This document shows, piece by piece, positions 8,118-19,413 of a DNA stretch of 64,000 nt. This DNA comes from a virus. The notes below the pieces were generated by a model. It saw only the letters and a program-made list of their open reading frames with translations. It ran no database searches and was not told the DNA's origin. The stretch covers positions 79,935 through 143,934 of the IMG/VR virus record IMGVR_UViG_3300021425_002093; one strand, 5' to 3'. The position numbers were made by a program, and so were the translations under genes. Position 1 is the stretch's first letter. The number at the start of each line of letters is the position of its first letter.

Positions 8118-10217
8118 CTACACTTCAAACGAATCGTAATTTCTATCTAGTGACTGAGAAATAGGAAAAGACGCATTTTCTGTTGTAATTGTTTGTTCTA
8201 ATAAGTAAACAGGTAAGCTACCCACTCTATAAATAAGCACATCAATGTCAGTTCCTGACGGCACATTAAATGTGTAAGTCGCATCTACTTTTTCTACAGT
8301 AACAGTTTCACCAGGCGAATCTACCAGATCTTGTTGCTTAATAGAGCTTTGTCCAACGGCAGTCACACCGATAGTATTTGCAGATATTGAAACTACCTCG
8401 AACTCATCAAATAAAGCAAGATTATCTCTATGAGTTACACGAATCACTTGGGGTGGCGTTGTAACAGCTAATCCAGTAATGTTTGTAAAATCTGTTGTCG
8501 TACTATCTATGAACAATACCGGACCGGCACCCTGAGGTACAGTAACGAATTCAATATCAGTTCCTGTTACAGCAGCCACAGTGTCTTCATTGAACAAAGT
8601 AGTTCGTGTTGCTCCGTTTTGACTGTAAGGAGAAGGGCTTTGCATTATCGATACTTCGGAGTTTCCTAATACACCTGATATTGACACCGAAACATCTGCC
8701 TGAATAGTGACTTGACCGCTTCCAGTATTATACACTGAAGGTATCTGACTTGTATTAGATACAGAAATTATTAAATTTGTTCCCGATAAAACTTCAACTT
8801 CAATAACAGCACCGGAATTTCCTTGCGGGCCTGTAGTTGCTGATTGAACTGCTCCATCATTATATCCAAGTTGTGCGTTTGGAGTAAATGAATGCCCATC
8901 ATATATGACTGTTACATCTCCTTGTCCACCAGCAATTTGACCAAGTAATAGCGCTCTACCATTTCCTGTAAAGTTACAGTTAGTGATCTTAGAAAGATCT
9001 GTAGCATTAGTCCCACTAACTTCAATTCCGGATGTTTCCGCCGTGTTGCTTGTCCCATTAACTGTACAAGAAGTAATAGTAGCACCATTTTGAATAACTC
9101 TTGCTTCAGTGTTTGTTCCAGCCATTGTATTAGATGTAATCGTCGCTGAAGTTGTTCCAAATGTGCAACGAGTCAGTTCTGTGTTCGCACCACCGCACTG
9201 AAGTAATCTAACACCAAAAAAAGAACAAGCTGTAAACTTAACGATAGGATTGTCAGTCGAATTAATAAGAATATCAATCGCATCTTCAAGAATAGTTACA
9301 TTTTCCCATTCAATATCAGAAGAAGAATTGAGTATTTGTATTCTATGTTTTCCGCCGTCGGTTTCAGTATTTGAATACCAAGGTGTAGCATCATTTTGTC
9401 TTCGAATAGTAACACCAGATGTATCACGCATAAAACAAAGCTGAGTTGAACTTCCTAGTCTTACTTCAGTGTTTAGAATGTATACGCCTCTTCGTTCAGT
9501 AAAAACACCTAAGCGACCATTGATGTTGTCACCACCGTCAAATCCCTCTAAGCCCGCAAAAGTAACTGGGTTGGCCGTTTCGCCTTCTACAGCATCAATG
9601 TATGCACCTCTTCGAATACCTTCAATCGCAAAAGGAGCACCTTTCGTCGGGCCTTGTGTGGGAATGCTTGCTCCTGCGCCGAAAACACTATAGTTTCCTC
9701 CTGCGCCATTTCCGACGGTGGTTAGCGCAAGACCATTTGCGGGAGTAACATTAACGTCAATAGATCCACAAACCCAGTCAGCACCATAGTCCTGTAAATC
9801 TGAGCCGGAAACGGAATATGCGTTATAGTTATTTGTATTCGGCCCAATGATTGCGTGTAGTCCACCTCGTTGGTTGAGGGGCAATACCGCTGTAGCTAAC
9901 GAGGCAGGAGCATTAAAGAACATCCAAATATACACGTACTGATTACCGCCAGGATTATTACCTGATGCGAGTGTTGTCGCAATATTTCCACCCGCATTTG
10001 TATCGTCAACAATACCCTTTTCTTGAGAACCGTTACCAAATGCGTTTTTAGAAATACATTCTGTTCCAATTAGATAGTAATCTGTTTCTTCGTTAAGACC
10101 AGCCTGTCCTCCGCCAACAGCGGCATAATCATTGACAACAAGAGAAGTTCCACCTGTCGCAGTATAGACTGAGCCGTCTAGTGTAACAATGTCTGTACCG
10201 TATGATGGAACTGCCAT
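8118..10217 (-). CDS. Hypothetical structural protein, probable beta-helix central region
   Basis: 699 aa, G/T/S/N-rich; repeated xxCxF turns (FTACSF, LTRCTF, ITSCTV, ITNCNF); C-terminal LDRNY motif. Confidence 0.7.
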   Translation of the reverse strand: MAVPSYGTDIVTLDGSVYTATGGTSLVVNDYAAVGGGQAGLNEETDYYLIGTECISKNAFGNGSQEKGIVDDTNAGGNIATTLASGNNPGGNQYVYIWMFFNAPASLATAVLPLNQRGGLHAIIGPNTNNYNAYSVSGSDLQDYGADWVCGSIDVNVTPANGLALTTVGNGAGGNYSVFGAGASIPTQGPTKGAPFAIEGIRRGAYIDAVEGETANPVTFAGLEGFDGGDNINGRLGVFTERRGVYILNTEVRLGSSTQLCFMRDTSGVTIRRQNDATPWYSNTETDGGKHRIQILNSSSDIEWENVTILEDAIDILINSTDNPIVKFTACSFFGVRLLQCGGANTELTRCTFGTTSATITSNTMAGTNTEARVIQNGATITSCTVNGTSNTAETSGIEVSGTNATDLSKITNCNFTGNGRALLLGQIAGGQGDVTVIYDGHSFTPNAQLGYNDGAVQSATTGPQGNSGAVIEVEVLSGTNLIISVSNTSQIPSVYNTGSGQVTIQADVSVSISGVLGNSEVSIMQSPSPYSQNGATRTTLFNEDTVAAVTGTDIEFVTVPQGAGPVLFIDSTTTDFTNITGLAVTTPPQVIRVTHRDNLALFDEFEVVSISANTIGVTAVGQSSIKQQDLVDSPGETVTVEKVDATYTFNVPSGTDIDVLIYRVGSLPVYLLEQTITTENASFPISQSLDRNYDSFEV

Positions 10218-10517
10218 TTAGCCCTCGATCATTTCTTCGTTTGCTTCTCTTACAGCTTTACGGATTTTAGCATCTCGCTCAGTTTCTTTCTTTTCGTCAA
10301 GCACTTTTTTATGCGCAAGAACTTCATCCATCTCAAACTCCCACGTAGACTCAGAATCCCCATCATCGACAAAGCGAACGGTTCCGTCATCGTTATAGAT
10401 CATATCTGTGGGGGGAACGAAATGCGCAGTGAGTTCATCGACCTGCTGAGCTTCCATAAGTAGCTCATCTTCCGTCAATGCAAGAATGTCTGCGGCAACT
10501 TGAATGTTGATTCTCAT
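10218..10517 (-). CDS. Small acidic hypothetical protein
   Basis: 99 aa; GAGGA SD; abuts the 699-aa gene with no gap. Confidence 0.65.
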   Translation of the reverse strand: MRINIQVAADILALTEDELLMEAQQVDELTAHFVPPTDMIYNDDGTVRFVDDGDSESTWEFEMDEVLAHKKVLDEKKETERDAKIRKAVREANEEMIEG

Positions 10518-10541
10518 AATAAATCCTCGTAAAGGTTAAAT

Positions 10542-10560
10542 GGGGGAGACTAGCTCCCCC
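10542..10560 (-). terminator. GC-rich hairpin after the 829-aa gene (leaky terminator or mRNA stabiliser)
   Basis: GGGGGAG-CTAGT-CTCCCCC followed by ATTTAACCTTT (weak U tract). Confidence 0.65.
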
Positions 10561-10571
10561 GTCAAAGTTAT

Positions 10572-13061
10572 TTATGGAGCATAGTTTCTTTCGAGAGGCG
10601 CTACCACAGTAATATTATTAGCGTTACCTTCGTTAATTATGAAGGGCGTTGATACCCACTGTGCTGTATCAGTACCAACTGCTCTAATTACTGTATTTAC
10701 CGCAGTATCAGAAAGTCGATTTTCTTCTCCGTTTGCAGAGTTGGGAGTCGTGTCACCAGTGAAAGCGTAGTCGAATGCGAATCCATTAGCATTGATGCTT
10801 CCAGAACCAGAGCCTGATATTTCACTTGTACCATTTGCTTGAAGTACAATAATCGCATCAGGCGAGTTAACAGGATTAAAACGGAAGTTTTCAGTTCCAG
10901 TAGTTTGAGCTTCGTTAGTGACCGCTCCATTTGGATTATCGTCATCTAACTTAGTTGCCGCAAAGGATGCAGTTGTATCAGCCGCACTACCAGCTACGAT
11001 GCTTCCAGTAACTTCCCAAACTCCATTGTTTCCAGCATTAGTGAATCCAGAGAAGTCAAGATAGTCTCCGACTGTCACTTCTGGCATATTATTAGTACCA
11101 CCGTCTGTAATTGTAGCAGTTTGACCTGAAGCAGATGTGACGGAAAGTGCCGTAACATCAAACTCACGAGTATACTCATAGTAGACTGTAAACGAAGGTT
11201 CGCTATCGTTAATTAAGTTGTCGTTGAATGAGATCGTACCAGAAGCAATCTTCGGGAAGAGTTCTAGCGATCCACCACCACCAGTGTATCGGAATGCTAA
11301 GTTACCAATATCTCCACTAGAGAAGTTAATGATAGCAACACCAGCATCGTTTGTAGCGCCGTCAGCGTGTTCTACAAGCAATGTCTGTAGAGTTGGTCCA
11401 ACGAATGTCAACAATTCGTCAGAAGTCTTACCAACCTGAACGATTGAATCCGCACCTTCGTCATCGACGTTAGTTGTTCTACGTAGACGATACTTAACCC
11501 AAGAATATAGCTCTTGAAGTGTAAGATTGCCAGTTCCAGTGCCATTCTCCGCACTGATCGTTACACCAAAGTTTCTGGATGTGTTAAGATCAACTCCACC
11601 AGAGTAGAGTGTAGCGGAAGAAACGTCAGCGGCGAGATAGTTGATCTCTGGACCATTACCAGCCGCAACATCATACTTTTCGTTAGCACCATCAGCGGCT
11701 TCGATAACCTTGTCAGAAATTGTATAATCAAGATCTCTCAACTCCGCAAGTGGGAATCGGAATACCTGATAGTTTACAGCCGCACCAGATGCGATACCAA
11801 TCGACACTGAGTCTGACTTACCAAACGTCTTACCTTCTTCACGAACGAAGAGAGAAAGTTCGTTAGTTCTGTTATCCGTAGTTCCATCAAACGTTTGAAT
11901 TGCTTCGTTTACGGCACCAGCATATGTAAAGTCAGCAGTCGTTCCGTAATTAATATTTCGAATATTAACAACATCAGCTTCAGTTGTGTTAGTCAACGGT
12001 GTTCCCGTCAATACAATGTTGTTACTAGCGGCTGTAGCAATTGTAAATTGGCCGTCATTCGTTCCACCCGATGTTCCAGAAATGACGATGATATCTCCAT
12101 TAGAGAACGAATCAAAATCTCCAGCCGCACCTGTAATTGTATTAGTAGCCGTGATAACAAGTCCAGCTTTTCTGAGAGCGGGACGGAATGCGTAGTAAAC
12201 AGTGTCACCGCCGCCAATTGTAACGGAAGCACCAACAGTTTCTGCGGTGAATGATGTTGCTGTGTCTGAAATGTAATCTTTAACTGTAAGTACGTCAGCA
12301 GTACCACCAGCACCGTCTGAAGTGACGTTAGTTACAACATATGTACCATCATTTCCGTTTGCGCTACCGCTAACAGTGATCGTGTCTCCTGCCACAAAAA
12401 TACCAAAGTTTTCTCCCGTTGATGTGATATCAGCACCAGAGAAGGAAATATCGGTTGCAGTGATATTTGTGATCGCTTTACCATCAACAGTACCCAGTGA
12501 GATAACTCCCACATACTCAGCAAGTACAGTACCAGTAGTTGTGATCTCTCTCCATCCAGCAGTACGAATCAACTTTCGTGTTGCATCTGAGTTTGGAGTC
12601 CAATCAAACGAAAATTCAAACTGCTCTGGAGTAATTGCCACGAGCGGGAAAGGATATTCGATCAGATGGTTGATAAACGTTACTGTATCTGTGCCAGTAA
12701 AGGTTGTATCAATATTTTTGTTTAGTGTTACTGTTGTTCCGCTAACACTAGCAACTTCAGTGGCGTCTAAAAGAACACCAGAACCAGAAGCGACTATGAC
12801 AGTCATTCCTGGCAGAATTTCTTCCGAAGAAGGGCCAGCGGCTTGATCGAGTACAAGATCAGCTTGACCGGACGCTCCAGAAGTTACGCCAATTGTAAAG
12901 TTTCGTACTCGCCACACCTTCTTGAGATATGAGTACATTGCCTGAAGAGTAACACCGTCTGGAGAAAGACCTCCGGCTAGTGCTAGTGAAATGTCTCTTG
13001 TTGCGGCATCTATCTGTAATTCTGTTCTTGATAGATCACCACCAGAAGTAATGATAGCCAT
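10572..13061 (-). CDS. Large hypothetical structural protein, candidate major subunit of the cassette
   Basis: 829 aa; GGAGG SD; own late promoter and downstream hairpin; motifs GVTLQAMYSYLK, YPFPLVAITPEQFEF, LIRTAGWRE; C-terminal LERNY. Confidence 0.8.
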   Translation of the reverse strand: MAIITSGGDLSRTELQIDAATRDISLALAGGLSPDGVTLQAMYSYLKKVWRVRNFTIGVTSGASGQADLVLDQAAGPSSEEILPGMTVIVASGSGVLLDATEVASVSGTTVTLNKNIDTTFTGTDTVTFINHLIEYPFPLVAITPEQFEFSFDWTPNSDATRKLIRTAGWREITTTGTVLAEYVGVISLGTVDGKAITNITATDISFSGADITSTGENFGIFVAGDTITVSGSANGNDGTYVVTNVTSDGAGGTADVLTVKDYISDTATSFTAETVGASVTIGGGDTVYYAFRPALRKAGLVITATNTITGAAGDFDSFSNGDIIVISGTSGGTNDGQFTIATAASNNIVLTGTPLTNTTEADVVNIRNINYGTTADFTYAGAVNEAIQTFDGTTDNRTNELSLFVREEGKTFGKSDSVSIGIASGAAVNYQVFRFPLAELRDLDYTISDKVIEAADGANEKYDVAAGNGPEINYLAADVSSATLYSGGVDLNTSRNFGVTISAENGTGTGNLTLQELYSWVKYRLRRTTNVDDEGADSIVQVGKTSDELLTFVGPTLQTLLVEHADGATNDAGVAIINFSSGDIGNLAFRYTGGGGSLELFPKIASGTISFNDNLINDSEPSFTVYYEYTREFDVTALSVTSASGQTATITDGGTNNMPEVTVGDYLDFSGFTNAGNNGVWEVTGSIVAGSAADTTASFAATKLDDDNPNGAVTNEAQTTGTENFRFNPVNSPDAIIVLQANGTSEISGSGSGSINANGFAFDYAFTGDTTPNSANGEENRLSDTAVNTVIRAVGTDTAQWVSTPFIINEGNANNITVVAPLERNYAP

Positions 13062-13098
13062 TTAATCCTCCGATTATAAACGGGTTGTTGTTCTATAC

Positions 13099-13106
13099 TA
13101 TTTATA
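13099..13106 (-). promoter_or_regulatory. Late promoter TATAAATA (829-aa gene)
   Basis: Exact consensus immediately after the collagen gene stop. Confidence 0.85.
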
Positions 13107-13109
13107 AAA

Positions 13110-14328
<1,219 letters not shown>

Positions 14329-14342
<14 letters not shown>

Positions 14343-16014
14343 TTTCTTCTGTTATAAGTTGATCGATCATTGATGAAAAATTTTCAATCAATTTTCTATC
14401 TTCTTCTTTCAGTTCATTATCCTCTTCTATATCCACCGTCAAAGTTCCATGATCAGGAATGACAGGAGCTTCTGGCGTGTAATCCATGTTCAGATCTTCT
14501 TCTTCCTCAGGCTCTTCCGCCTTTTCTTGTTCGATCTGATCCTTAATCTCTTCCACTTCATCTTCAGACATATAAAGTACTTGCTTCTGTACCCAATCTT
14601 TAGAGAAGTAAGTTCCACGATACTCATCGATGTCTCTCAGAAGCTGTAAGCGATTCTGTAAAATTTCAGACTGTTTCAATTCTGAGAAATGATTATCAGT
14701 TACAAAATCGTATCGAAGGGCTGCTTGAATTGCTGGCCAATCTTCAACAGAAACAATTCCCTTCAAAATCAATTGCTTTTCAAGTAATTTATCAAAAAGA
14801 ATTGCAAATCTTGAACGTAGTCGTGCGATAAACTTAGAAAATTTCACCTCATCTCTAGAGATTTCTGATGCACGTCCAAGCGAGAATCCAGCCTCAGACT
14901 CCATTCTAGTGATGGGGACATTCAATGCTTTAAGTAGTCTCTTTTGGAAATACAGAATATCTTCGATTTCGCCCAAATTCTGACCACCGGGCAATGTTGT
15001 GATTTCAGTTCCCCTTCCACCTTCTCTTCTTGGAAGCCAGAAATCATCTGTCATGGCCATATGTCTACGATCATCTTTGATGTCGCCAGTTCCAGCATCG
15101 TAGACTAAACGATTCTTATGCTTGACCATCATATCACGTAGATGTTGCTCAGCCTTCAATTTGGGGAGATTGCCCACATCAATATAAAAGATTCGACGCT
15201 CTGGTGCTCGTGAGATACGATAGATAACAACAGCATCCTCCATCATTCTCAACTGATTCAAAGGCTTGTATGCTTTGTGAAGATAAGATAGTACTAGATT
15301 TCCGTTTTCGTTTAGCAAGCCAGACGTGACGTTTACGATAGAGTCTTTTGCAATTTTTAGACCCTTGATATCCCCGCCGCTAAACTGTTGAACGTGAGAC
15401 GTGTTTAAATTATTGAATCCACGCTCGTTATAGATGAAATACTCGTTCTTGATTTTCTTAACAATAAACTTATTTTGATCACTACCAGCAGGCGCTTTAT
15501 CATACTCACGAACTTTACGAATTTTTCTTGGATCAATATAGCGAAGTTCTTGAATTCCTTTTCTGGGTGATTTTTCGTCGATCATTACATGATAGTTGAT
15601 TCTACCATCGACGTACCACTTCTGAAAAGTATCGTATCCAGTATTACCAAAGTCTAGCAGTTTTATAACATTGTCAAATTCTTCTCGAATCTTCTTTTTA
15701 ATATTATCGGGAAGGTCCACATCATCAGTGATACAATCAACTACTTTCTTGTCATCAGTGATTGAAATCGCTTCGTTTACAATATCATCTACAGCTTGAG
15801 ATACTTCGGGTTGCTGAAGCATAGTGCGATATCTTTGTACAAGTTCAGCTTCACTCTTTGCGGCTCCGTCCAAGTCAAGGAAAGAGCTAGATACTGATCC
15901 AGTTACGGCGATATTGACAGCGCCGTCATCATTGGTAGGCTCAACAAAAGACGTGATGTTTTTGTTTTCATCTTCCTTTCTTTTGATTTCAAAGCCAAAC
16001 AGTTCAATTGCCAT
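14329..16014 (-). CDS. gp20: Portal protein
   Basis: 561 aa; YIDPRKIRKVRE, YLHKA.KP.NQLRMMEDAVVIYRISRAPERRIFYIDVGNLPK, DFWLPRREGGRGTEITTLPGGQNLG. Confidence 0.99.
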
Positions 16015-16053
16015 TACAAGTTCCTTTAAGTGAAAAGTATAAAAGTCTCATAC

Positions 16054-16061
16054 TATTTATA
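16054..16061 (-). promoter_or_regulatory. Late promoter TATAAATA (gp20)
   Basis: Exact consensus following the gp19 terminator. Confidence 0.85.
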
Positions 16062-16074
16062 AGACCTAAAAACC

Positions 16075-16098
16075 AAAAAGGGAGGCCGAAACCTCCCT
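16075..16098 (-). terminator. Rho-independent terminator after gp19
   Basis: AGGGAGGT-TTCG-GCCTCCCT (UUCG loop) followed by TTTTGGTTTTT. Confidence 0.9.
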
Positions 16099-16123
16099 TT
16101 GCTTAGGAATCAAGCTATAAAGA

Positions 16124-16669
16124 TTAGGCGTTTGTGCCAGCGTCTCCAGTGACACCGCCAGAAACGTTCCACCAATCGTACTCGAATGTAACTTCAAACG
16201 TTTGAATTTCTTCAGATTCCCAATCGTTGTTGATTGCACTAAGCGCAACGGGGAACATACCATTGAAGTTGTACTCACGAATTAAAGATCCGCTCTTAGA
16301 GTACTGAAGGACTTGTGCCTGAGACTTATAGTTAACACCAGGTGCCTCTAGATTCAAGTTACCTACGTGAGAGTTGATGCTAGACATCCAATCTTCCATA
16401 GCATTTCTTACGAGGAAGTCTTCATCATTCATGACTGTTACTGACCACTGCTCAAAAGTTCTGTTTCCTGCGAACTTAACCTGGCGACCGAAATAAGGAA
16501 CAATTACAGTTCCGAGATTCGATGCAGGGAGAGTTGTAGCTCTAGCCATGAAAGACAGCTTAATGTCCCCAGTTGTATTAATTGGGTTAGCCATTCGGAC
16601 TTCAAACAGGGATGCTCTCGCACCCCCGAATGTCATCTGTTGTCTAATTTCATTGATATTAAAAGCCAT
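16124..16669 (-). CDS. gp19: Tail tube protein
   Basis: 181 aa; GGARASLFEV, LPAS.LG...VPYFGRQVKFAGNRTFE.W.VTV.NDEDF..RNA.E.W. Confidence 0.96.
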   Translation of the reverse strand: MAFNINEIRQQMTFGGARASLFEVRMANPINTTGDIKLSFMARATTLPASNLGTVIVPYFGRQVKFAGNRTFEQWSVTVMNDEDFLVRNAMEDWMSSINSHVGNLNLEAPGVNYKSQAQVLQYSKSGSLIREYNFNGMFPVALSAINNDWESEEIQTFEVTFEYDWWNVSGGVTGDAGTNA

Positions 16670-16688
16670 TTTCGTTTCTCCTTATCTG

Positions 16689-19352
16689 TTATACTGAACC
16701 AACGATTTCTTCGAATTCTACACCAGTTCTAACAGCAACGAAGTTTAGCTGAATGAAATTGATCGCACGAGCAGGCTTGATGAAGATGTCTCCAACAAAC
16801 TGATTACCGTCAATTACTTCTGCGGTATTGTTAGTTTCGTCACACACGACCTTGAAGTCGTAAATTCCACGACGACCCTGTACTTCACGTAAGAAGGGCT
16901 CCACGAGATTCTTAAACTGCGCTCTCGTGAACTCATCGTTGAATTCGAACAACAATGACTTAGAAGCAATCGAGATAGCCTTCTCAAGAACAATGAACAA
17001 TCTTCGGACATTGATTCTATCGAATGCGCTTGCAGTCGTAGCGAACGTCTTGTCACCAAACAGAATTGTTCCAGCGCCAGGCTCTGAGACAACAGGGTTG
17101 ACATTATTTACGTACAATAAGTCTCTTTCTGCTTTAGTAGGATTGATTCTCAGCTTCACAACATTCTTGATAACACCTCTATTCAATCCAGCAGGAGAGA
17201 ACCAAGGATCACGAACTTCGTCTGTTCTCGCACAAAGACCAGCGATATCGCCGTTGAGAGGCACCCAACGATATACATCGTTGAACTTATCGTATTGATA
17301 CTTGTATCCAGTATCGACGATCATGTATGTGCTTCCTGTCAATGTGCCTGCAAAGTCAATTACAGCACTGACTGTTGTGTCAGACTCTTCGGGTGATACA
17401 AACGCAACACAGTCTTTTCTAGACTCTGCAATATTGTTTGTGATGTAATTACCCAGAGTTGTACCTCTTGCTTTACCTTGCATAACAAGTGCAATGTCAA
17501 CTGTAGAAGCATCTTTGTACAGATCATAACCTTCAGCAACTTTACCGATGCTGATATTAGCTTCATCATCACCGTCGTAACCGAGAGTTAGTGATTGTTG
17601 CTCAGAAGTAGCAGTTGCAACAAGCGCTGAAGGGCTAGAGCAAGCAATGTAGTTTGACTTATCAGTAAGTACGTCAGCAAGATAGTTAACTGAACCATCT
17701 GACTTTGTAGCGCCTGGAACAGTGCTTACGTCTTCGTAAACTTCCAAGATCTGATTAACTACACCAGTAATTGATCCGTCAAGATCTCTTACAACAACGT
17801 GTACGTGGCTTGCAGTTGGCTTAGTGAGGAAAAGACCTGCGTCCGCCCACTGTACGCTGAATCCAGAATCGTAAGTAGTTGCTCCAGTATACACATTTTC
17901 GAACGTGACGTTCGCTGACCAGCTATCAGAGATACCAAACGTTTGAGTAACGCCGCCATCGACTCCACCGAATGAAGTGATATTGATTGCAGTTCCTGCT
18001 TCAGCATTTTCGTATGTTGTAGCCAGCTTGAAGTTATTTGTATCAACTACAATTGCGTAGTACACAGTTCCGTCTTCAAGACCGTCGATAGCATCGTTAT
18101 TACCGCCACCTACGTTATACTGAACAGCATCACCTGTTGTCAGACCGTGATTCTTGATGAAGAAAGTATCAGTAGCCGTGTATACAGATCCGTTAGGCTC
18201 ACCAGTAATTGTGATTGCGTTTGCGTCACCAGCATCAGCAGTTAGCGTTCCACCAGAAACAGTCAAGATGTAATTACCTGATCCGCCAGTATCATCTACA
18301 GCACTTACGACTGTAAATGTACCGTTGTTACCAGCTTCTGTTGCACCACTAATAACAATTGTTTCGCCGGGCTGGAAAACTGTAAAGTCTTGAGTTGGAG
18401 ACGCAATTGTTTCTGGACCTGTAGTAAAAATAAAACCAGTGCCAGTGACAGAATCTACCACGTTCGCATCGCTATTCACGATGTTCAGAGCAGTAGCACC
18501 AATGTTATCTTCTACTTGAACAGCGGCAATACTTTCGATCTTAAGATTTGTTCCGTCTTCCAGAATTACATTATCGCCTACATCAGCAAAGTTTTGGGCT
18601 TCCGTCTCAGTTGTAAAACCAGAAACGACTGAAGGATTTACAGAATCAAACGGAGTGATAGCAATTGTGTAGCCTGCATCAACAGCTTCAAATGCACTTG
18701 TGCCATTTGCTTGAGTTGAGCAGTAAGAAACAGCAAGACTATTACCAAGACGACCTTGATACTTTGCTTGGAAATTAGTTGAAAATGCGGCACGAGCGGC
18801 ACTGTCAACTACAGGACCTTCAGCAAATGTACCTGCGTCTGCGAGATCTTGAGCAATTGCGTAATTAGAAGTTACGCCTTCTACGATGATTTTAGTTGAG
18901 CTAGGAATTGAAGTTACTCTGTAGTAACCATCGTTGCTAGTAGAGCCAGATACTTCAATCTCATCTCCTACTTGTAGCTTAGTATCGAAATCGGCACCTG
19001 TTGCAGAAATAGATGAATCTGCAACAGCAAAATCCATCGTAGCAACCTGAACACGATCACCGCCAGTTGTACGAACTACGTACAAAGCATTTGAGTAGTT
19101 GAGGAAGTTTGATGCAGTGAAAAACGTTTCGTAGTTACGCCACTGACTCGTATATTGTGAATCTTTGAAATAAGAAGTGGGTTCACCAAAAGTGCTAACC
19201 AGTTGCTTCTCATTTGAAATCAGAACCCTTTCGTTCACAGGGCCCCATCGAAAAACGCCAGCGATAGCACCGACAGAGACCGCTACCGCTGGGACAACGG
19301 ACGTTAAGTCGATTTCGCTAACATTGACACCGGGACTTACTTGAAATGCCAT
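16689..19352 (-). CDS. gp18: Contractile tail sheath protein with inserted domains
   Basis: 887 aa; SPGVNVSEIDL, FRWGPV, YDKFNDVYRWVPLNGDIAGLCARTD, PWFSPAG, FDRINVRRLF, FEFNDEFTR. Confidence 0.98.
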   Translation of the reverse strand: MAFQVSPGVNVSEIDLTSVVPAVAVSVGAIAGVFRWGPVNERVLISNEKQLVSTFGEPTSYFKDSQYTSQWRNYETFFTASNFLNYSNALYVVRTTGGDRVQVATMDFAVADSSISATGADFDTKLQVGDEIEVSGSTSNDGYYRVTSIPSSTKIIVEGVTSNYAIAQDLADAGTFAEGPVVDSAARAAFSTNFQAKYQGRLGNSLAVSYCSTQANGTSAFEAVDAGYTIAITPFDSVNPSVVSGFTTETEAQNFADVGDNVILEDGTNLKIESIAAVQVEDNIGATALNIVNSDANVVDSVTGTGFIFTTGPETIASPTQDFTVFQPGETIVISGATEAGNNGTFTVVSAVDDTGGSGNYILTVSGGTLTADAGDANAITITGEPNGSVYTATDTFFIKNHGLTTGDAVQYNVGGGNNDAIDGLEDGTVYYAIVVDTNNFKLATTYENAEAGTAINITSFGGVDGGVTQTFGISDSWSANVTFENVYTGATTYDSGFSVQWADAGLFLTKPTASHVHVVVRDLDGSITGVVNQILEVYEDVSTVPGATKSDGSVNYLADVLTDKSNYIACSSPSALVATATSEQQSLTLGYDGDDEANISIGKVAEGYDLYKDASTVDIALVMQGKARGTTLGNYITNNIAESRKDCVAFVSPEESDTTVSAVIDFAGTLTGSTYMIVDTGYKYQYDKFNDVYRWVPLNGDIAGLCARTDEVRDPWFSPAGLNRGVIKNVVKLRINPTKAERDLLYVNNVNPVVSEPGAGTILFGDKTFATTASAFDRINVRRLFIVLEKAISIASKSLLFEFNDEFTRAQFKNLVEPFLREVQGRRGIYDFKVVCDETNNTAEVIDGNQFVGDIFIKPARAINFIQLNFVAVRTGVEFEEIVGSV

Positions 19353-19394
19353 GTCTCATTTCTCCTTGTTGAAATTGCGAATTACCTTATCATA

Positions 19395-19402
19395 TATTTA
19401 TA
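19395..19402 (-). promoter_or_regulatory. Late promoter TATAAATA (gp18-19)
   Basis: Exact consensus in the gp17-gp18 gap; a second exact copy lies at 19539-19546 inside the 3' end of gp17. Confidence 0.85.
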
Positions 19403-19413
19403 ATTTTCGCTAC

